Part shown: in pieces, positions 25,278 to 37,669 of the stretch
Position numbering within the stretch: the stretch's first letter is position 1
Layout of the letters: each line of letters opens with the position of its first letter
Assembly: GCF_006345805.1 (NCBI RefSeq)
Contig: NC_042998.1
Coordinates: 203,236,001-203,300,000 of the forward strand
Source of the DNA: Octopus sinensis
Taxonomy: Eukaryota
Length of the DNA: 64,000 bases
Reading direction: 5' to 3'
Notes under the pieces: model-generated
Told to the model about the DNA's origin: nothing
Seen by the model: only the letters and a program-made list of their open reading frames with translations
The model's database searches: none
Program-made: the position numbers and the translations under genes

Positions 25278-26278
25278 AGGCACAGGAGTGGATGTGTGGT
25301 AAGTAGCTTGCTTACCAGCCACATGGTTCCGGGTTCAGTCCCACTGCGCGGCACCTTGGGCAAGTGTCTTCTGCTATAGCCTCGGGCCGACCAAAGCCTT
25401 GTGAGTGGATTTGGTAGACGGAAACTGAAAGAAGCCCGTCGTATATATGTATATATATATGTGTATGTGTATCTTTGTGTGTATGTGTTTGTCTCCCTAG
25501 CATTGCTTGACAACCGATGCTGGTGTGTTTATGTCCCCGTTACTTAGCGGTTCGGCAAAAGAGACCGATAGAATAAGTACTGGGCTTACAAAAGAATAAG
25601 TCCCGGGGTCGAGTTGCTCGATTAAAGGCGGTGCTCTAGCATGGCCGCAGTCAAATGACTGAAACAAGTAAAAGAGTAAAAGAGAAAAGAGTAATCTAGC
25701 AGGTGTTGGCTGAGTGGTAAGAAGTTTGCTTCTTAACCATATGGTTCGCGTTCAATCCCACAGCATGACACTTCGGGCAAGTGTCTTCTATAGCCTTGGC
25801 CCGACCAAAGCCTTGATTGGATTTGGTAGACGGAAAGGTGTGTGTGTGGGTGTCTGTTTGTTCCCCTGCTTGAGAACCAGTGTTGGTGTGTTTACGTTTA
25901 CGTAACTTAGCGGTTCGGCAAAAAGGGAACCGATAGAATACGTACTAGGCTTACAAAGTTCTGGGCTCGATTTGCTTGACTAAAATCCTTCAGAGTTGCT
26001 CCAGCATGGCTGCACTGAAATGATTAAAGCGCATAAAAGAGTGTGTGTGCGTGTGCTTGCGTGCGCGCGCGTTTGTGTCCCCCATCACGGCAGCTGATGA
26101 CAACTGATGTTGGTGTGTTTACATCTCCGTGACTTAGCGGTTCGGCAAAAGAGACTGATAGAATAAGTACCAGGCTAAAAAAAAGGAAAGAATACTGAGG
26201 TCGATTCATTTGACTAAAAATTCTTCGAGGCTGTGCTCCAGTATGGCCGCAGTCTAATGACTGAAACAAGTAAAAGAT
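25278..26278 (+). mobile_element. Cluster of three SINE family A copies/fragments
   Basis: Full copy 25278-25690, variant 25696-26035, 3' half ~26070-26278. Confidence 0.85.
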
Positions 26279-26653
26279 GTTAACACTGTTGATAAACAGC
26301 GGTGGAGGTTATGGTTGTAGTGGTGAGGAGGGGAATGGTGGTACAGGTGGTAGTGTGATGGTATCTAGCAGTGAAGTAGTTGTAGATATACAGGGGTGGT
26401 GGTGGTGGTTAGAGGGTTAGTGTGAGGAAGTGTTGAAATAGGGGTGGGGAATCGGGTGGTGTCCGGGTGACAGATGACTGATAAATATTTCAACAGTGGA
26501 ATTGTATAAAACTGTAAAATAGGGGGAGAGTATATAGGTGGGTGGTGGTGGGAGAGAGAGAGAGAGGACTTCATAGTGTGTGGGGGAGAAGAGAGAGAGA
26601 GAGAGAATGTCACAAAGAGAGAGACGAGGGAGAGACTATGTCACTAATGTCGC

Positions 26654-26703
<50 letters not shown>

Positions 26704-26872
26704 TGTGTATATGTCTGTCCCCGACCTAGAAAAATGTGTATGTGTGTATGCTTAAGAAATATTATGTATGTATATATATATATATATATATGTGTGGTGT
26801 GTGTGTGTGTGTGTATGTGTGTGTGTAAGCCTGCATGTATGTTATATGTGCATGCGTTTAACATATATAATG

Positions 26873-26910
<38 letters not shown>

Positions 26911-27522
26911 GTGTGCGCGTGTGTATATGTATGGTGGTTCTCTGTTGGCTACTGGTAGCATGTAGGCTGGTACACCCTATTGCTTGGTAAGGTTGTCAGC
27001 AATTAAATCGAGCCCCGTCACAGACCAGCCTGGTGAGAAGAGCTCCCCAGAAACCCAGCACACAAATAAATAGATAAATACCCGTCAAAATAAACGGGTG
27101 GGCTCAACACAGGCTCAACAACCACCTAACAATATCAAGGTGGCTTTAAAATTCTGGTTTGATGTCCGGCACAGTGTAAGAGCAGTGAAAGTACGACAAC
27201 CCTTATAGCTTTTGTTTAAAGCATGTCTCTAGAGGAAAATAACTGATTTAAAATCCTTTTAAGCTGGCGATGACCTGAGGTCATTTGGGGATTTTCAGTA
27301 AACTGGTACTGAGGACCAAGGTGCCGCCACATTCCCGAACTCGTTACGTTTATTGATACCAGATATTTTGCTTTGGCTTAATTGTAAATCTCGTCAATTG
27401 GAGTCTGGAGAAGGTCGACGAGTTGAAATACAATTCTTTATGGGTTTCTATTGTGAACGGTAATTGGCGAATTTCATTTTGTTAATGATAATCTTTGTTG
27501 GACAAAAGTCGGTAGCTACTCT

Positions 27523-27566
<44 letters not shown>

Positions 27567-28336
27567 AAATGTTTTTCTGAAGAAGGGATGAATTGTTCAT
27601 ATAAGTTTGTTTAATCCAAATACATGAGCTTCTACTATTTTACTTGTATGGGTAGAAGCAATGCTCGTTACTGCACTCACTAAACACCCAATCCAGGAAA
27701 CAGCTGTAAAGGATAACCCGTCTTCTCCACTCTTGATTCAGAAGTTCGAGTAGTAACTCCCAGGACTTTTACCTCACTATGAAGGATGAGTCACTGTGAT
27801 TGGCTACTCGGATCCGTTTGTCTTTTATCAGTGATACTAGAGTATGAACTCACGGAACATCTCCTCCTTCCCCGTAAAAGAATTACTGTTGAATCTCGCT
27901 TTTCTGATTTCCCAGTTTTTCTCTTTAATTATATTTTCACTTTTGTATAATTATTTTATAAATGCTTTGATGTCATTAACAATCACCTGTCTGTCTTTTA
28001 TTGTATTATGCTTTCATTAGCTTGGTCGGTTCCTTACCTATCGCCAACTCTTATTTGCCCTGGTTCCCTATTCATTCGTTCGACGTTCCATTTTAGGTAT
28101 TTAGTCCGGTCTGAGCACTTGCTCTGCGTATCTATATACGCCCACACATTCACGTACTCTCGCCCATTATATATATATATATTTGGGTTATGAGAGGTAA
28201 TGGTGTCAATAAGACCCAAAGATGTCAGATAATGCTGAGTAAGTACTATGGACAGACTATAGTTAAGCTCCAGGTTCGGTGATTATGCAAATGAGGAGTC
28301 CAACGTAGGTCATATATCAGCAGGTGTATATTAAAA

Positions 28337-28747
28337 AATTAACAGAATGCGATTAAAATCCGAGGCTGTGAAAGATTTTAGAACATTTATAAATAAGTCT
28401 TACAGCTATTTCCCGGATATTTTATATATCCCTTCATCGGAGACGGTGAGAGAAAATGGTTAAATACTATTTTAAATACTATTGGAACTTACTCACAAGG
28501 TACAGGAATCTTATATATATACCATTCTGCCTAAAGATACAATATCCCTGCATATCTCACGTCTATTTTCATTCCTCCACTTCACTCTGTATTTCATATC
28601 TTATCTAGAATAACTATTGCTTAACCATTTCCTCACACCGTCTCTGATGAAGGGATATACAAAATATCCCGGAAACAGCTGTAAGACCTATTTATAAATG
28701 TTCTAAAATCTTTCACAGTCTTGGATTTTTATCTCATTCTGTTAATT
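28337..28747. repeat. 127-bp inverted repeats (Penelope-like) with 157-bp spacer
   Basis: 28337-28463 vs 28621-28747; related sequence at 9870-9990. Confidence 0.85.
28640..28687 (+). ncRNA. Minimal type-I hammerhead ribozyme motif (dimer type)
   Basis: Stem I gtct/agac; CTGATGA 28644-50; 7-bp stem II gggatat/atatccc; GAAAC-agct-GTA with palindromic ACAGCTGT stem III. Confidence 0.72.
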
Positions 28748-28844
28748 GATATATATATGTATATTCATATAGATAATGATTAAACTGTTTAGTAATGTTT
28801 CGTGTATTAGTGATGCTTAAAGTAGCATGTATATAACAATTACA

Positions 28845-29186
28845 GTGGAGGCGCAATGGCCAAATGGTTAGGGCAGCGGACTCGCGGTCATAGGATCGAG
28901 TGAAAATACCTAAAGCTCCACGAGGCTCCAGCAGAGGGGTGTTGGCGAATCCTGCTGTATTCTTTCACTACAACTTTCTCTCACTTTTTCTTCTTGTTTC
29001 TGTTGTACCTGTATTTCAAAGGTCCAGCTTTGTCACATTCTGTTTCACCCTGAATATCCCCCCGAGAACATCATTAAGGGTCCACGTGTCTGTGGAGTGC
29101 TTAGCCTCTTGCACGTTAATTTCACGAACAGGCTGTTCCGTTGATCGGATCAACTGGAACCCTCGTCGTCGTAACCGACGGAGTGC
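28845..29186 (+). mobile_element. SINE family C with deletion in the head
   Basis: Homologous to 31272-31657. Confidence 0.88.
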
Positions 29187-29401
29187 CGTAGGGATAACAA
29201 TTAGAACAGTAACAACAGCAATAATAGTCGCAACAATAACCACCACAACAAACGAAACTACAATAACAACAACAATGCTGGTATTTGTCATCATAGAGAT
29301 TCGCGTATTGTCGGTGATGCGGGGGTGGATACTGTTGTTGGTCATGGTAGTAATAAGTGGTAAGACTAGTATTGGTAGGGGTTGTTGTGATGGTGGCGTT
29401 A

Positions 29402-29633
29402 ATGGCGAGCTGGCAGAGTCGTTAGCGCGCCGGGCGAAATGCTTAGCGGTATTTCGTCTGCCGTTACGTTCTGAGTTCAAATTCCGCCAAGGTCGACTTT
29501 GCCTTTCATCCTTTCGGGGTCGATAAATTAAGTACCAGTTACGCACTGGGGTCGATGTAATCGACTTAATGCCTATGTCTGTCCTTGTTTGTCCCCTCTG
29601 TGTTTAGCCCCTTGTGGGTAATAAAGAAATAGG
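29402..29633 (+). mobile_element. SINE family B (alternative 3' tail)
   Basis: Family-B head and body; tail gccccttgtgggtaataaagaaatag. Confidence 0.85.
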
Positions 29634-29676
29634 TATAGTGGTGGTGGTGGTGGAAGGGAAGGGGTGGTTATTGATG

Positions 29677-29899
29677 TCCAAATTTAGCACAAGGCCAGCG
29701 ATTGTTTTTCCGGGTGAGGAGTGGAGGTAATTCGATTCGATCCCACTGTTCAACTGGTACTTGTTTTATTGACCCCCGAAACGATGAAAGGCAAAGTCAG
29801 CCTCGCCAGAATTTGAACTCGGAACGTAAAGACAAAGAAAATGGCGCTAAGCATTTTGTCCAGCGTGCTAACGATTCTGCCATCTTGCAGCCGCCGCCC
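29677..29899 (-). mobile_element. SINE family B
   Basis: Reverse copy ~45 bp from the 29402 copy. Confidence 0.8.
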
Positions 29900-31271
29900 T
29901 TTGTTGTTGATAATAATAATGAGGATAAAAGATGAATGGAGTTAAACTGAGAAACTTATTTACAGAAAAGAAAGAAAGAGAGAGAGAAGGGATGAGTTAT
30001 AGGTTTAAAAGGTAGGTAGAAGGGTAGGTAGGTAGGTAGAACACACAAGTATCTGCGTTTACCCTGTCTTGTAAGATGAGTCGCTGTCAGAAGAGAATGC
30101 CTGGCAGACATTTAAGAAAAATAGCACGGAGCAAATGCAAACGAGAGACATCGGTGATAAGGTCAGAGTAGTGTGACGAAAGACTTTCGTAAACCAATTA
30201 ACTGATTAATTAATCGAGTAATTAATTGCTTGTTAATTGGTATTAAAAGAGGTGAAATTCGAAGAGTGTCACTTTTTCTATCGAGACTCTTAAATTACTA
30301 ATACCCGACCAAGTAAGCACAAAGGTGCAAACCAACGTAACAAGATGGTAAAAATAGTGTACTCGGGTACCGCTGATAGGTCAGATTATTTTATTAAACC
30401 CGTGAAAAACTTCACAAGCTGTTAACTTTAGTAAAATAGCATATATCATATCTACTGTTACGTTACGGTAGGATCAACAAAAAAGTTAGACAAATAAAGA
30501 TGATTTAATGAATGAGTAGTGGCCCGTATAAAGATACGGGCCACTAATAGTTTGTTGTCATCGAAATTTTTTTCCTTTTTTTCAGTTTTTATTCACCCTG
30601 CTTCTCATGTACCAGCATCCTGTTTTTCAAATAGAACGACCCATGTGTCCAGAGCATGAAGATTGCTTGGAGACACAAGGTACATTATAAAAATGAAGTA
30701 AACAACATCATAACTTGATCAGATTAATAATAAATCTCATAGTAGGGTGCTAGAAAAGAGAAGATATGAGTATGTGTTTTTGTTTTTTATTAAAAAAAAA
30801 TTAAAGTTGATCCAATCAGAGAGGCGGTAGTATAATTTCAGTGTTATCGTTTCCAGTAGATAATGATCGAAGTGACTGAACTGATTGAAGATCTCTGATC
30901 TAACATTCAAATAGCCAGCAACGTAATAGCTAACGTGTATAAACTACAGACATTTGTTTCATTTCTCTAGGCCTTATATCTCTCGAGACTCTTCCACTTC
31001 TTGTCGAATGCAGGACTAAATAATTATGATTCTCTTTGTTATGCTCCTTCAAGAGAAACCCTCTTCTTGGAAAAAGTATGGTTGAAATCGTTTCAAATTT
31101 ACTTTCCACCATACCGACATAATGTTGTTTATTTGTTTAATGTAGTGGAGGTGGCCTTGCTTCGTAGATAACTGCTTCGGCATTGCCGGACGGATGAAGA
31201 AGGCCATGTGACCCATGTGATATTGCAGGTGAAATTTCTCTCAGCTATTTTTGTGGGATTACTTCTAATTA

Positions 31272-31657
31272 GTGGAGGCGCAATGGCCCAGTGGTTAGGG
31301 CAGCGGACTCGCGGTCGTAGGATCGCGGTTTCGATTCCCAGACCAGGCGTTGTGAGTGTTTATTGAGCGAAAACACCTAAAGCTCCACGAGGCTCCGGCT
31401 GGGATGGTGGCAAACCCTGCTGTACTCTTTCACCACAACTTTCTCTCGCTCTTACTTCCTGTTTCCGTTGTACCTATATTTCAAAGGGCCGGCCTTGTCA
31501 CTCTCTGTGTCACGCTGAATATCCCCGAGAATTACGTTAAGGGTACACGTGTCTGTGGAGTGCTCAGCCACTTACACGTTAATTTCACGAGCAGGCTGTT
31601 CCGTTGATCGGATCAACCGGAACCCTCGTCGTCGTAACCGACGGAGTGCTTCCACAC
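31272..31657 (+). mobile_element. tRNA-derived SINE family C, full length with TSD
   Basis: Head gtggaggcgcaatggcccagtggttagggcagcggactcgcgg; TSD acttctaattag at 31261-72 and 31658-69. Confidence 0.92.
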
Positions 31658-32482
31658 ACTTCTAATTAGGGGTTATCGCATGTTTAATTGAAGCTATCTT
31701 TTAAGTTATTTTTGTTGACTATTTCCCTACAATAGTAATTAATAGGTAAAGATTTCTTCATTATTAAAATTAAATATTGTCATGCCAGTCCTAACTTATA
31801 AAGAGAGTGACTTGTTTATTTATCTGATGAGTGCTCATAGAATTTACTGTAACACGAAACTTAGAGCGCGCGCCTGTGTGTGTAGCGAGTAACTGCCTGC
31901 GACAACAAGAGTGGACGTCAGTATCGCTAAACTAGAGAATATATTAAGATACATCATTCAAATAAGGAAAACTCTTACGGTACTCCGAGTTTCCCAACGA
32001 GCCACGGCGACAAATTTATCCTACTATCGATCGGTAATCGGATAACTACATATTCGTGGCTCATCGGGAAACTTAAAGCATTGTATAGGAGTTCTCGTCT
32101 GGGTTTGTGGATGAAAGAGAAAGAGAAGGGAGTGGAAGAAAGGGAGAAATGTCGCAAAAAAATATGGAAATGACAAATAGTTGAAGTGAGCAAAAGATAA
32201 AAAGGAGAGAATGTGATGGAGAGGCAGCGAAAACTGAGAGATAAACAAGTGAGAGAAAGAGTGTGGGGCGAAACTGGAAAGAAACTTTGGTGATCCGTAG
32301 ACACGGATGATGTCAACACTTCACTTCGTTAAAGTAGTTTGTGGAGCACACCACTAAATTCCAACATCCCTTAGTAGCTCGTCTACCCGACCCCTGCCAC
32401 ACTCTACACATCAGCATCCCCACCAACTACCACACAACCCCCTCACTGTCACCGCCATTAAATATATATATATATATATATA

Positions 32483-32525
<43 letters not shown>

Positions 32526-32819
32526 CTTAGGTTTAAAAATAAACAGAAGAAAAATTCTTTATAAAACAAAAAAATATTATTAGCAAATAGTAACCAAAAA
32601 AAAATCTCAGACCTCCTCACTGAAGCTCGAACCTTCGACGGTTATCAGCACCAACTCTCCCCCGTCTCCCCAACCGTGCCCTTCACCCCAGCTTCACATA
32701 ATTGTTTCCTTATTGTTTATTTATTTTTCTTTTAACTTGTTTATTTCAGATGGTTTGATACACGTGTCACAAATTGAAGTAGTTTTCTTTTCTTTCTGTT
32801 ATTGTTATCATTTCCAGAT

Positions 32820-32874
32820 GTACACACACATTCCTATGTGTATGTGTGTGCGTATATATATATATATATGTGTG

Positions 32875-32959
<85 letters not shown>

Positions 32960-33150
32960 TAGTGTGTATATGTATGTTTGTACATATGACTATGAATGGA
33001 TTCACACGTTTTTGCATATATATATATATGTATATATATATATATTATATATATATATATAATATATATATATATATATGCGTATATGGGTGTGTGTATA
33101 TGTTTGTACATGCGTACAAATGTCATGTATATGTGTGTGTATATTATATA
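32820..33150. repeat. (TA)/(TG) microsatellite array
   Basis: Direct observation. Confidence 0.95.
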
Positions 33151-33283
33151 CACCGATATGTAACTTGATAAGTATGTATACTACAGCCAATGAGGGATAC
33201 CCTAGGCGTAGTTGTTGCTGCTTGAAAACAATATCCACACATGTAGACATAGACTGTCACACGGATGGTGTGTGTGTGTGTGT

Positions 33284-33316
<33 letters not shown>

Positions 33317-33663
33317 TTGCTGGTGGTTGTTTACGCATCCCTTGTCTATATTATTTATGTTTATTTGACGTTCAATAATTTGACATTCTGCCCGCTGCTG
33401 TCTAATATAAAAAGCCGAGTAATTGACCAAAACGTATGGAGGAGGCTAACCCGGGTTGCCGATTATGTTTCGCCCGTGACTATGGAGAGCTGATCTTTCT
33501 TTCGTCACCTCTCTTTCTCATTCTCTCTCTTCACCCCTTCGTGTGTGTGTCTGTGTGTGTGTGTAGAGAATATGACATGCGCTTACATAAAACAGCACGA
33601 AAAAATTTACATACCTATACTCACCTCTACATACATCATGTATGTATGTGTGTGTGTCTGTGT

Positions 33664-33704
<41 letters not shown>

Positions 33705-33708
<4 letters not shown>

Positions 33709-34001
33709 CGTGACCGACCAGGCTATCAGATGTAGCTACACATCGCTGGTCACAATGCGCTTCGCATTTTTTTAGCTTCCAAATGACGCCACCCCTGCTG
33801 GCTATGCGAGCAGGCCAACAGAAGAAAGAGCGAGAGAAAGTTGTGGCGAAAGAGTACAGCAGGGATCGCCCCTGCCGGAGCCTCGTGCAGCTTTAGGTAT
33901 TTTCGCTCAATAAACACTCACAACGCCCGGTCTGGGAATCGAAACCGCGATCCTACAACCGCGAATCCGCTGCCCTAACCACTGGGCCATTGCGCCTCCA
34001 C
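33705..34001 (-). mobile_element. SINE with family-C head and a different 3' module
   Basis: Shares the head and centre to ...ctttctctcgctctt, then an unrelated tail. Confidence 0.85.
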
Positions 34002-34047
34002 ACACACATACACGTATGTATATATATATATATACACACACACATAC

Positions 34048-34107
<60 letters not shown>

Positions 34108-34149
34108 TATATAATATATATATATATATATGTAAAATCTTAGTTTGAA

Positions 34150-34980
34150 AAGATAGTCCTGTCCCATTTCAAGATGCGAAAGAAACAAATACTTCTTTGG
34201 TCATAATTGATTTATTTAATCAAGATAAGACTTCCCCTTCCTTATTGATAACATTTCCCCATTCATTTGGTAAATTGCTGATCCCTCAAGCATAAGATTC
34301 TTTGGAACAAAGAAGTACTCAGTATTATTTTAACCTCTCCACAGTCAATAAAGAATCTTCCTTCTAAATAATGTTGCAATGATCCGAAAAGGCGATGGAA
34401 CAAGGTCAAATGAGTAAGGAAAAGATGGCAGGAAATATGGAAGTTTTACCTCAGTTTTTCCTGTGTGTCTCAGGCAATATGGAGGTTTTGCAGTGTCGTG
34501 TAAGAGTAACGTCCCTTTAAAATTGATCAATGATGATTACTTCGTCTGCAAACATTTGCGCAATGCTTCCAAATGGCAGCAATATTTCTCTGCATTAACT
34601 GTTACGCTTTAGTTTAATACTTCATGATAGGCGACAGCCCTACATATCTCGCCAAACATTAAGCATAACCTTTTTCACGTGTGGTCCTGGTTTAGGAATG
34701 GATTTCCCCTTTTCCATTAGATGCTAACCATTGTCATTTTCGTTGGGTATGATTCTAGAAAACCCACTTTACGTCACCCATGATGTTCTTCCAAGGAAAG
34801 ATTTGATTTGAAGTCTACTCCTCATATCGTTTGCCATACAATTTGAATGTCCTGGACATTTTCTGTGGACTGTTCAAGATTGTCTCTTTGCTAAAGGAAG
34901 CTTTCCTCGCCAAGGAAATATTCTAGTGATTCATTTAAATACAAACGGCAGTCACATCTTTCGCCTTTATAGGGTTCTGC
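34150..34980 (-). mobile_element. Degraded mariner transposase relic
   Basis: Minus-strand fragments GDVKWVF (cf. GDEKW), TLLLHDTAKP (cf. LLHDNARPH), PYSFDLVPS (cf. PYSPDLAPSD) and GISNLPNEWGNVINKEGE, with stops. Confidence 0.8.
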
Positions 34981-35456
34981 TGTACCAATGACAGACCACT
35001 GTAATTGGTAGTTATATATATATATATAATTTTAAATCGTGAATACATTATAAAACCGATGTTGAATGAGTGCGTCTAGAGTCGGAGAGAATTTTTTTAT
35101 GAGTGGAATCGTTTTCTATAAACTCTATGGATAATCAAGAATAGAATTTAGTATTGTTGTGTGCCATGATATTGCATTATATATATAACATCCTTCATAT
35201 TGAATTTGCTGTTCAGAGGGCAGCTAGAAGGGTTTATGTAGCTGCAATTGGATGTGTCTCAATAACAGGCGCAATAGTAATCCTAAATATTCCTCCACGT
35301 AATCTCCAGCATGAACGCCACTCACATCACAAGTTCTTTTATCAAGATTACTATTACCAAGACTGTTGCAATTATCAGCATTCCTCCTAGTGGTGTCACT
35401 AATTAGCAATAATTGTAGAACGGTTATTCGTCGTTCTAATATCAATATGATGAATG

Positions 35457-35828
35457 TTATTACCTCCGCCTTACCGAAGGCAGAGGAATTGTTTCCAGTC
35501 GTGTTTGTTTGTTTATGGACAAGATAGCTCAACAACCACTGGATGGATTCCGATGAAACTTTCAGGGATGTTTGGCCTCATGACTGGCCCGAACGGATTA
35601 GATTTTGGGATCGATTCGGTACCGGACAAGGATTCTGGATTATTTTTCCTGCTTTTTTTAAAACTTAATTTTTGAGAGTAGTCGGGTTCATTTTTAGTAT
35701 TTTCTTTTGTGAAATCAGTCAAGTTTATTTCAGATATTTTCATTTTAAAAATCATCTCCGGCTAATCGTTGAGAGGACATTGATGTTGCCTTGGCACAGG
35801 TTTGCGCTCTCTCAATGCTCTTGCTAAT
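35457..35828 (+). mobile_element. Helentron-associated (HINE/DINE-like) element
   Basis: Starts ttattacctccgcc and ends ttggcacaggtttgcgctctctcaatgctctt (degenerate subterminal IR plus 3' hairpin). Confidence 0.55.
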
Positions 35829-35957
35829 ATTAAAATTAGTGGTGGTGGTTTTAGTGGTAGTGTCAGTAAAAGAAACTGCAGCGGGCGTATTGGCATTTAT
35901 TAGTATGATGTTTAAGTTTAATTGTGTTTAGTATAAAATTCAATGAATTTAAACTGG

Positions 35958-36105
35958 TTCTCCGTCGGTTACGACGTCGAGGGTTCCAGTCGATTTGATC
36001 AACGGAACAGTCTGCTAGTGAAATTAGCATGCAAGTGGCTGAACACTCCACAGACACGCATACACTTAACGTAGTTCTCAGGGAAATTCAGCGTGACAAA
36101 GCTAT
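35958..36105 (-). mobile_element. SINE family C 3' fragment
   Basis: Reverse complement of ...ggaaccctcgtcgtcgtaaccgacggag. Confidence 0.7.
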
Positions 36106-36954
36106 CCCATTGGATTACTGGTACAACTCATTTTTGTCAGCTGAGGGGACTGGGGCAACGTGAAATAAAGTGTCTTGCTCAAGGATACAACGCGTGAGCT
36201 GAATACCCCAAACCACTAAGCCATGCGCCTTCATTCGCTGAAGTTATAGTATTGCGTGTGTTTGATGTGTGGGATTAAACTGTCTGTTATAGAAGTAGTG
36301 TTTCCATGCCTAGTGTTGACTGTTAAGCTCTTCGGGTTACTATAAACAGTTGTTCCATTGTGAGCATTTAATGTGAAATTGTTCTCCTTTTCCTGCCTTG
36401 TGAACTTAGCTGCTACTAACCACTGTAAACCATGTCATTTACTAAATTAGGTGAAGTGAAGTATGAAAGTTCAACTGTGCAACGTTAAATAATTTGTGTT
36501 GGGTGTTAAAGTATTTTCATTCAAGATGTTTAACAACATTTTTAGAATCTATTTGCCTGGTTTCACTTATTTACTAGTAAACCTTTACTTTTTAACTCGT
36601 TCACTAGGTTGATCAGTCTTCCCTCTTTCTCTCTCTCCTTCTCTCTCTCTCTCTCTCTCTCTCCGCCACTCGTTCACCTTTTTTCTGCTTCCTTCACTAA
36701 ATACATATAATTAACCTTACCCTGCGTCTGACTTCAGATATTTGATCTCTGTAACAGAATGCAGTAAAGTGTTCCTTTGGGGACCCATCGCAGGCATTCA
36801 AATTCACTTTAGAACATCCAGTGCTCAGCTCCAAATAACTGCAATGGTGAAACGTACGTAGTGTACATCATAACCAGTAACACTGCTAAGTACAGTGATC
36901 GACTAACAACTATACTGGAAGAATACAGTAGTCCATCTAACGGCACACACTGGA

Positions 36955-37278
36955 TATATATATGTATATATATATATATATATGTATGTATGTAGTATGT
37001 ATGTATGTATGTATGTATGTATGCATGTATGTAGGTATGTATGTAGTATTTCTGTGATGTATGTATGTATGTATGTATGTATGTATGTATGTATGTATGT
37101 ATGTATGTATGTATGTTGTATGTATTATGTATATATGTATATATATATTATGTAGTATATATATAGTATGTATGTTATATTATATATATATGTATGTATG
37201 TATATATATATATATATGTATGTATGTATATATGTATATATATATATATATATATGTAATATGTATGTAGTATATATG

Positions 37279-37311
<33 letters not shown>

Positions 37312-37556
37312 TATATATATATATAATATATATTATATATGTATATATATATATATGTATGTATGTATGTATATGTATATGTATATATGTATGTATGTAT
37401 GTATGTATATGTATATATATATATATGTATGTATGTATGTATATGTATATATATATATATGTATGTATGTATGTATGTATATGTATATATATATATATGT
37501 ATGTATGTATGTATGTATATGTATATATATATATATGTATGTATGTATGTATATGT

Positions 37557-37600
<44 letters not shown>
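36955..37600. repeat. (TATG)/(TA) array
   Basis: Direct observation. Confidence 0.97.
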
Positions 37601-37601
<1 letters not shown>

Positions 37602-37669
37602 CAGGTCCCGGGTTGATTCGGGGTAAACCACAGTAAATAAGGTACTCAATACATAGCAGAGTAAAATTA

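Noticed and set aside
31272-31345. tRNA gene (Arg-like head), also the family A and B heads
   Set aside because: The tRNA-like segment continues into a SINE body with a TSD and has no complete cloverleaf or acceptor stem.
31824-31860. CTGATGA-gtg..cac-GAAAC hammerhead core
   Set aside because: Stem II is canonical, but no stem I/III partner or NUH site was found; at best a decayed remnant. The same applies to 10716-10746 (minus strand).
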